Positions 8,855 through 17,527 are shown, numbered from the stretch's first letter. The stretch is DNA of 26,725 nucleotides from Opitutia bacterium (GCA_050506795.1 JBJHCF010000016.1:1-26725), one strand, 5' to 3'. Notes: generated by a model from the letters alone, not told the origin. Program-made: numbers and translations.

Positions 8855-10663
8855 ATGCCACTGCTCACGCTTAAAGATGTGTCCCTGAGCTTCGGAGGAC
8901 CGCCGCTTTTCGAAAACCTTTCGATGGAAATCAACGAGGGTGAACGCATCTGCCTGCTGGGCCGCAACGGGGAAGGCAAGTCGTCGCTGATGAAGGTCAT
9001 CACCGGCGAGATCCGTCCCGACACGGGCGAAGTGCACCGTCAGGCCGGCTCCCGTTTCGCCTTCCTCCAGCAGGAAATTCCCGCCGACCTCCGGGGCTCG
9101 GTGGGCGCCTTTGTGGAGGGAGGGGACGAACACCATCACGATTGGGAGCGGCACATCCGCGCCGAAAAATGGGTCCAACGCCTCGGGTTGTCCCCGGAAG
9201 CCGATGCCGGAGCCCTGTCCGCCGGGCTCAAACGCCGGGTGGCCCTGGCCCGCGAACTGGTCGAGGAGCCTTCGCTGATTCTCCTGGACGAACCGACCAA
9301 CCACCTCGACCTCGACGCCATCCTTTGGTTGGAAAAGTTTCTCCGTGACTACCCCGGCGCCCTCCTCTTCGTGACCCACGACCGGCGATTCCTCCAAACC
9401 CTCGCCACCCGTATCCTCGAACTGGACCGCGGGCGGCTGACCAGTTGGTCCTGTGACTACGAAACCTTCCTCCGGCGCCGCGAGGAACAATTGGATGCGG
9501 AAGCCAAACAGCAGGCGGCCTTCGACCGCAAGCTGGCCCAGGAGGAAGCCTGGTTGCGACAGGGCATCAAGGCCCGCCGCACCCGCAACGAGGGACGCGT
9601 TCGTGCGCTCAAAGCCATGCGCGAGGAACGCCGCGCGCGGCGCGAACAACAGGGCCGCAGTCGCTTCCAACTGACCGACGACGACCGCTCCGGGGAAAAA
9701 GTCGTGGTGACGGAAAACCTTTCCTTCGGCTACGCGGGCGAGCCCGTGGTCCGCGACCTGACCACCCGCATCATGCGCGGCGACCGGGTCGGCATCCTCG
9801 GTCCCAACGGAGCAGGAAAAACCACCTTGCTCAACCTTCTGCTCGGTCGTCTAAAACCGCAGGAGGGTTCGGTGACCTTCGGCACGAACCTGACCATCGC
9901 CTATTTCGACCAGTTGCGCGAGCAACTCGACAACGAAAAAACCGTCCAGGAAAACGTCGCCGGCGAACAGACCGAGATCGAGGTGCAGGGGAAAAAGCGT
10001 CACATCATCAGTTACCTGCAGGACTTCCTGTTCTCTCCGGAACGCGCCCGCAGCAAGGTCAAGAGCCTGTCCGGCGGCGAGCGCAACCGCCTGCTCCTGG
10101 CCCGCCTCTTCACCCGTCCCTCCAATCTCCTGGTCCTGGACGAACCCACCAACGACCTCGACATGGAAACGCTGGAACTGCTGGAGGAGAGGCTCATGGA
10201 GTACAACGGCACCCTCCTGCTGGTCAGTCACGACCGGAGCTTCCTCAACAACGTGGTCACCCAGTTGCTGGTCTTTGAAGGCGACGGCCGGGTGGTCGAA
10301 TACCTCGGAGGCTACGACGACTACCTGCGTCATCGTCCGGCGGATACAAAAACCTCAGCCCCGTCGTCATCGACCTCCGACTCCAAACCAACCGCCAATG
10401 CCGCCCCGGGACGCAAGTCGCGTCCCCGAAAATTCCTCAACCGGGAACGCCGCGAACTGGAGGAACTCCCGGGCCGGATCGAGGCCCTGGAGGCCGAGCA
10501 GGAAAAGCTCAGCGCCGAAATGGCCAACCCCGCCGTCTACCAGAATCCGGAAAAGGAACTCGCGCGGGTCAAAACCCGTCTCGACGACCTCCACCGGGAA
10601 CTGGAGAACCTCTACCACCGCTGGCAGGAACTCGAAAGCCTCCGCTCCGAACTGGAGGGGTGA
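8855..10663 (+). CDS. uup: ABC-F family ATPase Uup
   Basis: Two ABC domains (GRNGEGKS/LSAG/LDEPTNHLD and GPNGAGKT/LSGGE/LDEPTNDLD), linker WLRQGIKARRTRNEGRVRAL and C-terminal coiled coil. Likely start ATG 8855. Confidence 0.92.
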   Translation: MPLLTLKDVSLSFGGPPLFENLSMEINEGERICLLGRNGEGKSSLMKVITGEIRPDTGEVHRQAGSRFAFLQQEIPADLRGSVGAFVEGGDEHHHDWERHIRAEKWVQRLGLSPEADAGALSAGLKRRVALARELVEEPSLILLDEPTNHLDLDAILWLEKFLRDYPGALLFVTHDRRFLQTLATRILELDRGRLTSWSCDYETFLRRREEQLDAEAKQQAAFDRKLAQEEAWLRQGIKARRTRNEGRVRALKAMREERRARREQQGRSRFQLTDDDRSGEKVVVTENLSFGYAGEPVVRDLTTRIMRGDRVGILGPNGAGKTTLLNLLLGRLKPQEGSVTFGTNLTIAYFDQLREQLDNEKTVQENVAGEQTEIEVQGKKRHIISYLQDFLFSPERARSKVKSLSGGERNRLLLARLFTRPSNLLVLDEPTNDLDMETLELLEERLMEYNGTLLLVSHDRSFLNNVVTQLLVFEGDGRVVEYLGGYDDYLRHRPADTKTSAPSSSTSDSKPTANAAPGRKSRPRKFLNRERRELEELPGRIEALEAEQEKLSAEMANPAVYQNPEKELARVKTRLDDLHRELENLYHRWQELESLRSELEG

Positions 10664-10676
10664 CCGCGCGTTTCGC

Positions 10677-12287
10677 TCACACCACCAGCACCACCAGCAC
10701 GGTGTACAGCACCGCGGCCAGGGCGGCGGCGGTCAGTGCCAGCGGGATCTGGGTGTACACGTGGTCCATGAGGTCGCACCCGGTGGCCAGAGAGGAGAGG
10801 ATGGTGGTATCCGAAATGGGCGAACACTGGTCGCCGAAGAGACTGCCTCCGATCACGGCGGAAAAACAAATCATGAGGTAAAACGTATCGGGGTGAATGC
10901 TCCAGGCCAGCGGCAACGCGATGGGAAACATCACCGCGAAAGTTCCGAAGGAGGTTCCGGTGGAAAACGCAACCACCATGCAAAGCAGCATCAGGCCCGC
11001 CGGCAGAATGATCGCCGGCAGCACATCGCCCAGGGTGTCGACCACATAAAACCCGACCCCCAGGCTGTCGCTGACCTCGTTCAGGGTCGTCGCCAGGCCG
11101 AGAACGATGGCGCCGATGGTGACCCCCTTGCACCCGTTGACGAATCCGTCCATGGCGGTGCGCACGCTCATACCCTTGATCAGAGCGATCAGGATCGCGG
11201 TCGCCACCGCCAGGAAAAAGGCTTCGTTAATGTGCACCCGCGCCTGATCGATCCCCTGCGTGAGCGACACATAAACAAACGGTCCCACCGCCACCCCGAT
11301 GAGGACCAAAATGGGCGCCAAAAAGTCGATCAGTCCGGGTCGATAACCTTTGGGCACCCGCTCCTCGGTCAATTCGGCCGCCGCCAAAGGCCGGGCGCCG
11401 TCGCGATCCAGTTTGCCTTCCTCCCGCGCCCGTTTGCGCGCCTGCAGCATGCGGCGGCTGGGCACCAGCGGCATCTTTTCCCAGGCCAGCAATAGGGTAA
11501 AGGTGACCGCGAAGATGGCGTAAAAATTGAGGGGAATCGCCTTGAAGAAAAACGTGATGCCCTCCTGTTCCGTGGCGATAATCGGCACACTGCCGGCCAC
11601 GATGCCGCCCACAAAAATCGGCCAGAAATTGAAGGGCAGCAGGGTGGCGGCGGGCGACGCGGTGGAATCGACCACGTAGGCCAACTCCTCGTGCGACACC
11701 CGGTGACGATCGCTCACCGCACGCACCGTGGTGCCGGTCAAAACGGTGCTGGTGTTGCCGCCCTGATGAAACACGAATCCCATCACCCAGCCGAAAAATT
11801 TCGCCGAGCGCGGACCGCGCACCATGCGGCGGGCCGCCCATTCTGAAAAATGGCGCGCCCCTCCGGTACAGGTCCAGATTCCGATCAACCCGCCCAGGAA
11901 CCACAGGTACACCAGCAGAATCTGCGCGTAGCGCGATGAGCCCAGGGACGGAATCAGGTAATGCTCGATCACGTTGATCTTCCCCGTGATCACTCCCCCA
12001 GCCAGGATCCCCAGCATCAGAGCCACCAGAACGTTGCGGGTGAGAAAGGCCAACACGATGGCCACCACCGCCGGCGCCAACGACCAGACGCCGAAGTGGT
12101 AAACGTCCTCCACCGCCCGGTCGGCCGATTCGGCCAAACGCTCGGCTCGCTCCGGATCCACCGGGCGCTGCGCGAACTCGCCCGCCACAAAATACGCCAG
12201 GACTAGGAACAGGACCACAACCACCGCCCACGACCAACGGGGGCGAGAGGAATGTCCGGATTTCGTGTTTTCGGTCGGATCGGACAT
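10677..12287 (-). CDS. NhaC-family Na+/H+ antiporter-like transporter
   Basis: 536 aa; SHEELAYVVDSTASP, PLNFYA, AFSTGTSFGTF, GSLFGDQCSPISDTTILSS and HVYTQIP. Substrate cannot be determined from sequence. Confidence 0.85.
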   Translation of the reverse strand: MSDPTENTKSGHSSRPRWSWAVVVVLFLVLAYFVAGEFAQRPVDPERAERLAESADRAVEDVYHFGVWSLAPAVVAIVLAFLTRNVLVALMLGILAGGVITGKINVIEHYLIPSLGSSRYAQILLVYLWFLGGLIGIWTCTGGARHFSEWAARRMVRGPRSAKFFGWVMGFVFHQGGNTSTVLTGTTVRAVSDRHRVSHEELAYVVDSTASPAATLLPFNFWPIFVGGIVAGSVPIIATEQEGITFFFKAIPLNFYAIFAVTFTLLLAWEKMPLVPSRRMLQARKRAREEGKLDRDGARPLAAAELTEERVPKGYRPGLIDFLAPILVLIGVAVGPFVYVSLTQGIDQARVHINEAFFLAVATAILIALIKGMSVRTAMDGFVNGCKGVTIGAIVLGLATTLNEVSDSLGVGFYVVDTLGDVLPAIILPAGLMLLCMVVAFSTGTSFGTFAVMFPIALPLAWSIHPDTFYLMICFSAVIGGSLFGDQCSPISDTTILSSLATGCDLMDHVYTQIPLALTAAALAAVLYTVLVVLVV

Positions 12288-12392
12288 GGATTCAGCCCCG
12301 TAAGCATGCCTGCCGGGGTCGCGGTGACAATCCTTATGTTTTTACCCGCGAAGACGAGTCGTGGCCCCGCACCATGATCCCGATTCCTTCGT

Positions 12393-12501
12393 CTGGCAGG
12401 AATGGGACTCGGTTAAGGCGGTGGATCGAAGGAGCTTAGCTTAATCGCATCGGCCGTTCCCCTCGAGGGCCATGCTCCCGCATGGTCGGCGGCGCGGGAG
12501 C
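12393..12501. repeat. Degenerate paralog of the 4236-4580 repeat cluster (MITE end plus left part of REP)
   Basis: ctggcaggaatgggactcggttaagg matches 4236-4261 at 20/26; then agcttag-cttaa-tcgcatcggc and gagggccatgctcccgcatgg..cggcggcgcgggagc in the same order as 4482-4580. Confidence 0.7.
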
Positions 12502-12597
12502 CTGCACCTTACACGTATTTCCGCCGTTACAAGCAGACGAACCGTACGGGCGCATTGGGTGCAGCAAACGTCGAATTTGCGAAGGAAAGGTGAGCCT

Positions 12598-12936
12598 GTC
12601 CCGGAGGGACCATATGAAAATAGCCCGGCGTTTTAACGCCGGGTTGATCCACCACACGACGACAAGTCCCGAAGGGACGGCTGAATCTCAGTCCCAAAGG
12701 TATTTTTCATCGTACGAAACTCCGTGTTTCTCCAATTAAGCTATGAATTCCTCCCTAACCGGTCACGGATTTCCGGATCGATAAAAGGGCGACGTTGTTT
12801 CGTTGCGAAAACGCAATGAAAATAGGCACTTACATAAGACACGCGCGCCAATCAGCCGTCCCTTCGGGACTATTTCAACTCCAAAAACGAACCCGGCGTT
12901 AAAACGCCGGGCTATTTTCACTCGTCCCTCCGGGAC
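12598..12936. mobile_element. IS200/IS605-like (Y1 HUH) element remnant with inverted multi-hairpin ends
   Basis: Three blocks are perfect inverted copies: 12598-12610/12924-12936 (13 bp), 12615-12645/12890-12920 (31 bp), 12665-12684/12852-12871 (20 bp). Each block is itself a short hairpin. Confidence 0.8.
12688..12842 (-). pseudogene. tnpA: Internally deleted IS200/IS605-family transposase TnpA
   Basis: Hand translation: 12842-12756 gives (M)SYVSAYFHCVFATKQRRPFIDPEIRDRL (TnpA N-terminus, HxVFxTK); 12753-12688 in another frame gives EEFIA*LEKHGVSYDEKYLWD* (TnpA C-terminus). The HUH motif and catalytic Tyr region are missing. Confidence 0.85.
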
Positions 12937-13008
12937 GAAATGAGAAGCGTGTAAAGTGCAGGCGGGAGCGCCGCCCTCCACGAAGCAGAGGCGCGGAGGT
13001 AAACGGGG

Positions 13009-13212
13009 TTACTCGAAATAGTCAGCCAACGCCAGCATCAGGCGCATGATCATGTACAGGATGAAAAGCCCGGCCAAACCGCCCATAATCCAGGCCGCGG
13101 TGGGGTTCATGGAACTCAGGGGTTTGCCGCGATTCTCGGGCACCTCGTTTTCGTCTTCATCCACCCACTCGAAGTCGGTCTTTTCATCGTTGTCATCAGG
13201 ATCTCTGATCAT
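13009..13212 (-). CDS. Small hypothetical membrane protein
   Basis: 67 aa; acidic N-terminus and one C-terminal TM helix; same strand as neighbours. Confidence 0.65.
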   Translation of the reverse strand: MIRDPDDNDEKTDFEWVDEDENEVPENRGKPLSSMNPTAAWIMGGLAGLFILYMIMRLMLALADYFE

Positions 13213-13288
13213 GCCGGCCCTTGTTTAGTGGAATCCCTTACCGGGGGTAAAGAAAATTCACTGCTATTTCATTTGAAATCCTACGCTG

Positions 13289-13894
13289 TCAGCGTACCTG
13301 ATGCAACCGCTTAACCAAAAGCTCCCAGGCACGGGCGCGATGACTGATCCGGTTCTTCACCGTCTCTCCGAGTTCGGCAAACGTCCGCTCATACCCCTCG
13401 GGAACGAACAACGGATCATACCCGAAACCGCCCTTTCCCGCAACTGAAACAGCAATTCTTCCTTCGCAGGCCCCGGAAAACGTTTCCTCACGTCCATCGG
13501 GGGACACCAGCGCCAGTACACAGCGAAAGCGGGCGCGGCGGCCGGCGCCCGTCATGCCCTCCATTTCCCGCAGCAAGCGGGCGTTATTGGCGTCGTCGGT
13601 GGCGCCTTCGCCAGCGTAGCGGGCGGACCGCACCCCCGGCGCTCCCCCCAGGGCGTCCACCTCCAGGCCGCTGTCGTCGGCCAGGACCCATCCGCCGTCT
13701 CCCACGCGTGCTCGCATGGCGCGGGCTTTCAGCCAGGCATTGCCCTCAAAATTCTCCGCCGTCTCCTTCACCGCAGGCATGCCGCCCACCGCGGTCGCCG
13801 GGCGGACATGGATATCGGTCAAACCGCGTCCGGCCAGCAAAGCGGCGAACTCGGCGGCTTTATGTTCATTTGAAGTGGCTAAAAATAAGTTCAT
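13289..13894 (-). CDS. rdgB: RdgB/HAM1 non-canonical purine NTP pyrophosphatase
   Basis: LATSNEHK, ADDSGLEVDALGGAPGVRSAR, GFGYDPLF and KNRISHR. Start ATG 13894 overlaps the ribD end. Confidence 0.95.
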   Translation of the reverse strand: MNLFLATSNEHKAAEFAALLAGRGLTDIHVRPATAVGGMPAVKETAENFEGNAWLKARAMRARVGDGGWVLADDSGLEVDALGGAPGVRSARYAGEGATDDANNARLLREMEGMTGAGRRARFRCVLALVSPDGREETFSGACEGRIAVSVAGKGGFGYDPLFVPEGYERTFAELGETVKNRISHRARAWELLVKRLHQVR

Positions 13895-15026
13895 CGACCT
13901 GCAATGTGGCCGGGTACTGGATAAAACCGCGCACCAGGCGGTCGTCGCCCAAAACGGCGTGCCGCGTCTCCCGCAGTCGCACGCCCTGTTCGATACGCTC
14001 GGTACGCATTCCCCGAAGGCACGGCTTGGCCTTGTCGTCACCGAAAAACAGCGGCGCCTGATAAACGAAGAGGTAGTCGAGCGCCCGGTGATGAATCATG
14101 CCGCTCAGGAGTTGGGATCCGCCTTCGATAAATACTCCGTCAATTCCTTCCTCCCGGCAGCGATCACGGAACGCCTGGTAGGAAACCTGCGAGTTGTCGG
14201 CCGAAAGCACCCAGACCCGGATCCCCTCGCGCTCCAGGCGGCGCACGTAACCGGTGCCCGCCAGTTCGGTCGTCACCACCACCGTATGGTCGCGGAATTC
14301 GTCCGTGTAGAGACGCGGAAACTCGCGTTGAGTGGCGGTGCGCAGCAGACCGTCAAATACCATGCGGACGGGGCACCACTCGCCGTCCTCGCGTCGCGAG
14401 GTCAGGCGCGGGTTATCGGAGAGCACCGTACCCGCGCCCACCGCGACCGCCGGAAAGAGGCGCCGCCAGCGCATGACGTCCTCACGGGCGACTTCGCCCG
14501 TGATCCACTGGGACTGACCCGTGCGGCATGCGATCTTGCCGTCGAGGGTCGTCGCCATTTTGCCCGCGATCAACGGCTGATCCTTCTCCATGCGGTGGTG
14601 GAAAATCAGATTGAGGTCCTCGCACTCCTCCCGCAGAACACCGGTCTCCACCTGAATGCCCTGCTCCTTCAGCAGTTCAATCCCTTTTCCGGCGTGGGCG
14701 GGGTTGGGGTCGAGCGCGCCCACCACCACATAACGAACCCCGGCCTCCTTGATGACCTCGGTGCAGGGACCGGTCCGTCCGGTGGTGGAACAGGGCTCCA
14801 GGGTCACATAAAGCACGGCGGTGTCCGACACCGGACCGGACACTTTTCGCAGCGCCTCCACCTCGGCGTGAGGTTCGCCGACCTTCCGGTGACACCCCTC
14901 GCCCAACACGGCGCCCTGGTCCACCAGGACAGCGCCCACCATGGGATTGGGATGAGTTTCGCCCCAGGCGAGTCTGGCCAGTTCCAATGCCCGCCCCATC
15001 CATTTTTCTTTTTCGGATCGATTCAT
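13866..15026 (-). CDS. ribD: Bifunctional riboflavin deaminase/reductase RibD
   Basis: PNPMVGAV, HAE, VTLEPC..GRTGPC zinc deaminase motifs; TLDGKIA, SQWIT, DNPRLT and IEGG reductase motifs. Confidence 0.95.
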   Translation of the reverse strand: MNRSEKEKWMGRALELARLAWGETHPNPMVGAVLVDQGAVLGEGCHRKVGEPHAEVEALRKVSGPVSDTAVLYVTLEPCSTTGRTGPCTEVIKEAGVRYVVVGALDPNPAHAGKGIELLKEQGIQVETGVLREECEDLNLIFHHRMEKDQPLIAGKMATTLDGKIACRTGQSQWITGEVAREDVMRWRRLFPAVAVGAGTVLSDNPRLTSRREDGEWCPVRMVFDGLLRTATQREFPRLYTDEFRDHTVVVTTELAGTGYVRRLEREGIRVWVLSADNSQVSYQAFRDRCREEGIDGVFIEGGSQLLSGMIHHRALDYLFVYQAPLFFGDDKAKPCLRGMRTERIEQGVRLRETRHAVLGDDRLVRGFIQYPATLQVDELIFSHFK

Positions 15027-15673
15027 GATCGGCTTTGGTTTCCGTCGTCCCGCACATAGGGGTTGCTTCGCTTTTCCCGCCCCACGGTCGTTTCCGGCCC
15101 GTGACCGGAGAAAATCTTCGTTTCATCGGGCAAGGTGTAGATTTGCCGGCGGATCGAGTTTTCCAGCGTTTGCCAGTCTCCGCCCGGCAGATCGAAACGT
15201 CCGACCCCCCCGCAAAAAAGGGCGTCTCCGACAAAGGCCGCCCGCAGCGCGGGAAAGTGGAACAACACATTGCCGGGAGCATGCCCGGGAACATGCCGCA
15301 CCTCGATTTTCTGTCCAGCCCATTCCAGCGCCTCGCCATCATCGACCCAGCGGTCGATTCTTCCCGGAGCGATACGCATTCCCGGGATCATGAAGGCCCC
15401 CATCACGTCCGGATTCTCAATCCACTCACGGTCGCCGGGATGGGCGTAAACCGTGACCCCTTCTCCGCCCAGCTCCGCCAGATCCCCGATGTGATCCCAA
15501 TGCCCGTGAGTCACCAGGAGGGCGGTCAAACGTGCGCCGCGAAGTTCAAGCTGACGGTTTACCAGTTCCGCCGCCCCGGAAGGCGCATCGATCAGGACGG
15601 CCTCGCCGGAATCGGTAGTGACCAGAAAGGCGTTGGTTTCGATGGGACCGGCGGGAATGACGTCGATGTGCAT
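15023..15673 (-). CDS. MBL-fold metallo-hydrolase (glyoxalase II/YcbL-like)
   Basis: THGHWDHIG, PGHAPG, GDALF..GVGRFDLPGG and GHGPETT. Start ATG 15673; the upstream ORF extension is a heptamer repeat. Confidence 0.9.
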   Translation of the reverse strand: MHIDVIPAGPIETNAFLVTTDSGEAVLIDAPSGAAELVNRQLELRGARLTALLVTHGHWDHIGDLAELGGEGVTVYAHPGDREWIENPDVMGAFMIPGMRIAPGRIDRWVDDGEALEWAGQKIEVRHVPGHAPGNVLFHFPALRAAFVGDALFCGGVGRFDLPGGDWQTLENSIRRQIYTLPDETKIFSGHGPETTVGREKRSNPYVRDDGNQSRS

Positions 15674-15681
15674 GGAGGGCG

Positions 15682-15727
15682 GGTTTCTGGTTCCTGGTGC
15701 TTGGTTCTTGGTTTCTGGTTCTTGGTT
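15682..15727. repeat. Degenerate heptamer tandem repeat (ggttyyt x about 6.5)
   Basis: ggtttct ggttcct ggtgctt ggttctt ggtttct ggttctt ggtt. Confidence 0.85.
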
Positions 15728-15765
15728 AACGGTGGAATCTGAAACAACCAACGTGTATTCGCGAA

Positions 15766-17355
15766 TTACCGTTCGTTATTCACCGTTTTGAGCAGCTTGT
15801 ACTCCACGGAATCGCGGAGGGCTTCCCAACTCGCTTCGATTAGATTGTCGCTGACCCCGACCGTGCCCCAGATCTCGTCGCCGTCACTGGACTCGATGAG
15901 CACGCGGATACGAGAGTGGGCTCCGTTGCCCCCGTCCAGGATGCGCACCTTGAAATCGCGCAGTTCCACGTCCTTGATTTGCGGGTAGGCGCCTTCCAGG
16001 GCGCGGCGCAGGGCCTGGTCCAGGGCGTCGACCGGGCCGCTGGACTCCGCCACCGTGTGCACGGTTTCCCCGTTAACCTCCAGCTTTACGGTGGCTTCAG
16101 CGATAAGGGTATCCTCCGAACCGCGCATTTCCACAATCACCCGGTAGCCCTGGAGGACAAAGTAGTCTTTGCGCTGCTTGAGCCATTTGGCCAGCAGGAG
16201 CTGAAACGAGGCGTCGGCCGCCTCGTATTCGTAACCGCGAAACTCGAGTTGTTTGAGCTCTTCCAGCATCGGCTTGAGGTCGGCGGACTTCTCGTCGAGA
16301 TGCACTCCGAGCTCCTTGGCCTTCATCATAAAGCTGCTCCGTCCGGACATGTCCGAAATCAACACGCGCTGACGATTGCCCACCAGCGAGGGGTCGATGT
16401 GCTCGTAGCTCCGGGCGACCTTTTGGGCGGCGTTGGCGTGCACCCCCCCTTTGTGGGCGAAGGCCGAGGCGCCGACAAACGGCTCCTTGATGTTGGCCCG
16501 GGTGTTGGCCAGTTCGTCCAGGAACAGGGACAACTCCCGGAGTTCCGCCAGGTGCTCGCGGCAGTTCAATTTGTAGCCCATCTTGAGTGCGAGGTTGGGC
16601 AGGATGCTGGTGAGATTGGCGTTGCCGGTACGCTCGCCATAACCGTTCATCGTTCCCTGGACCATGGCCGCCCCGGCCTGAACCCCGGCCAGGGTGACCG
16701 CCACGCCGAGCCCCGAGTCGTTGTGACAGTGCACCCCGACCCTTTGATCGTGAAACCGGCGGTGCACTTCGGCGGTGATTTCCCGGACCTCGTCGACCAG
16801 TTTCCCGCCGTTGGTATCACAAAGCGCCAGCCAGGAAGCTCCTCCTTGAACCGCCGCCTCCAGGGTCTTGAGCGCGTATTCGGAGTCTTCCACGTACCCG
16901 TCGTAAAAATGTTCGGCGTCGTACACAACCTCGCGGCCGTTTTCCACCATCAAGCGCACGGATTCCTCGATCATGGCCAGATTCTCCTCCGGCGTGGTCC
17001 GCAGAACATCCGTCACATGGAGAATCCAGCTCTTGCCGAAAATGGTGACCACCGGCGTTTCCGCATCCAGCAGCAGCTTGAGCTGCGCGTCCTCGGCGGC
17101 CCGGGTGTTGGCCCGGCGGGTGGAGCCGAAGGCCGCCACCTTGGCGTGTTTCAAGTGCAATTTCCGCACCCCTTCGAAGTAGGCCATATCGCGGGGATTG
17201 GAGCCGGGCCAGCCCCCCTCGATGTAATCAACGCCAAAGTGATCAAGCTTTTCCGTAATGCGAATCTTATCCGCGACGGAAAACGAAATTCCCTCGCCCT
17301 GGGTGCCGTCACGCAGAGTTGTGTCGTAGATAATTACGGATGGATCACTGCTCAT
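15766..17355 (-). CDS. cimA: Citramalate synthase (LeuA/CimA family)
   Basis: YDTTLRDGTQGEG, IEGGWPGSNP, DAEHFYDG, LCDTNGG, HCHND, GYGERTGN, AFAHKGGVH and a C-terminal regulatory domain. Confidence 0.88.
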   Translation of the reverse strand: MSSDPSVIIYDTTLRDGTQGEGISFSVADKIRITEKLDHFGVDYIEGGWPGSNPRDMAYFEGVRKLHLKHAKVAAFGSTRRANTRAAEDAQLKLLLDAETPVVTIFGKSWILHVTDVLRTTPEENLAMIEESVRLMVENGREVVYDAEHFYDGYVEDSEYALKTLEAAVQGGASWLALCDTNGGKLVDEVREITAEVHRRFHDQRVGVHCHNDSGLGVAVTLAGVQAGAAMVQGTMNGYGERTGNANLTSILPNLALKMGYKLNCREHLAELRELSLFLDELANTRANIKEPFVGASAFAHKGGVHANAAQKVARSYEHIDPSLVGNRQRVLISDMSGRSSFMMKAKELGVHLDEKSADLKPMLEELKQLEFRGYEYEAADASFQLLLAKWLKQRKDYFVLQGYRVIVEMRGSEDTLIAEATVKLEVNGETVHTVAESSGPVDALDQALRRALEGAYPQIKDVELRDFKVRILDGGNGAHSRIRVLIESSDGDEIWGTVGVSDNLIEASWEALRDSVEYKLLKTVNNER

Positions 17356-17527
17356 AGTCTTTCAGGTGATTCTATTTTCCAAGGAGTTTGGGCGACATCT
17401 GGCGCATCGCCAAAACGCCACCAATAGCGGAAACCGCCCCCGACTCACAATCTTTTAAATGAACGGGGCGCTCATCGGGCGCCGGACCGGCAGGCGGGCC
17501 GCGGACTCCGGTGCATTCTTACCGCCG

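Larger units (their letters stand above)
12502..12961. mobile_element. 460-bp non-autonomous element with terminal inverted repeats and target-site duplication
   Basis: ctgcaccttacacg (12502-12515) / cgtgtaaagtgcag (12948-12961), 13/14; direct repeat gcgggagc at 12494-12501 and 12962-12969. Removing it restores a 26/26 match to 4566-4591. Confidence 0.85.

Noticed and set aside
12288..12392. Riboswitch upstream of the NhaC-family gene
   Set aside because: No recognisable aptamer consensus; a promoter-like TTGTCA..CATGCT close to the start leaves little room for a leader.
12436..12981. ORFs 12436..12657, 12482..12739 and 12763..12981 sharing KIARRFNAG
   Set aside because: The shared peptide is just the translation of the inverted repeat; the real coding remnant is the tnpA fragment in other frames.
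15674..15751. N-terminal extension of the MBL hydrolase ORF (also the 24321-24428 extension of lipB)
   Set aside because: The extensions translate heptamer repeats; downstream ATGs fit family lengths better.
17356..17527. Leader peptide or attenuator upstream of cimA
   Set aside because: No Ile/Leu-rich short ORF or terminator-antiterminator pair is visible, only a modest hairpin.
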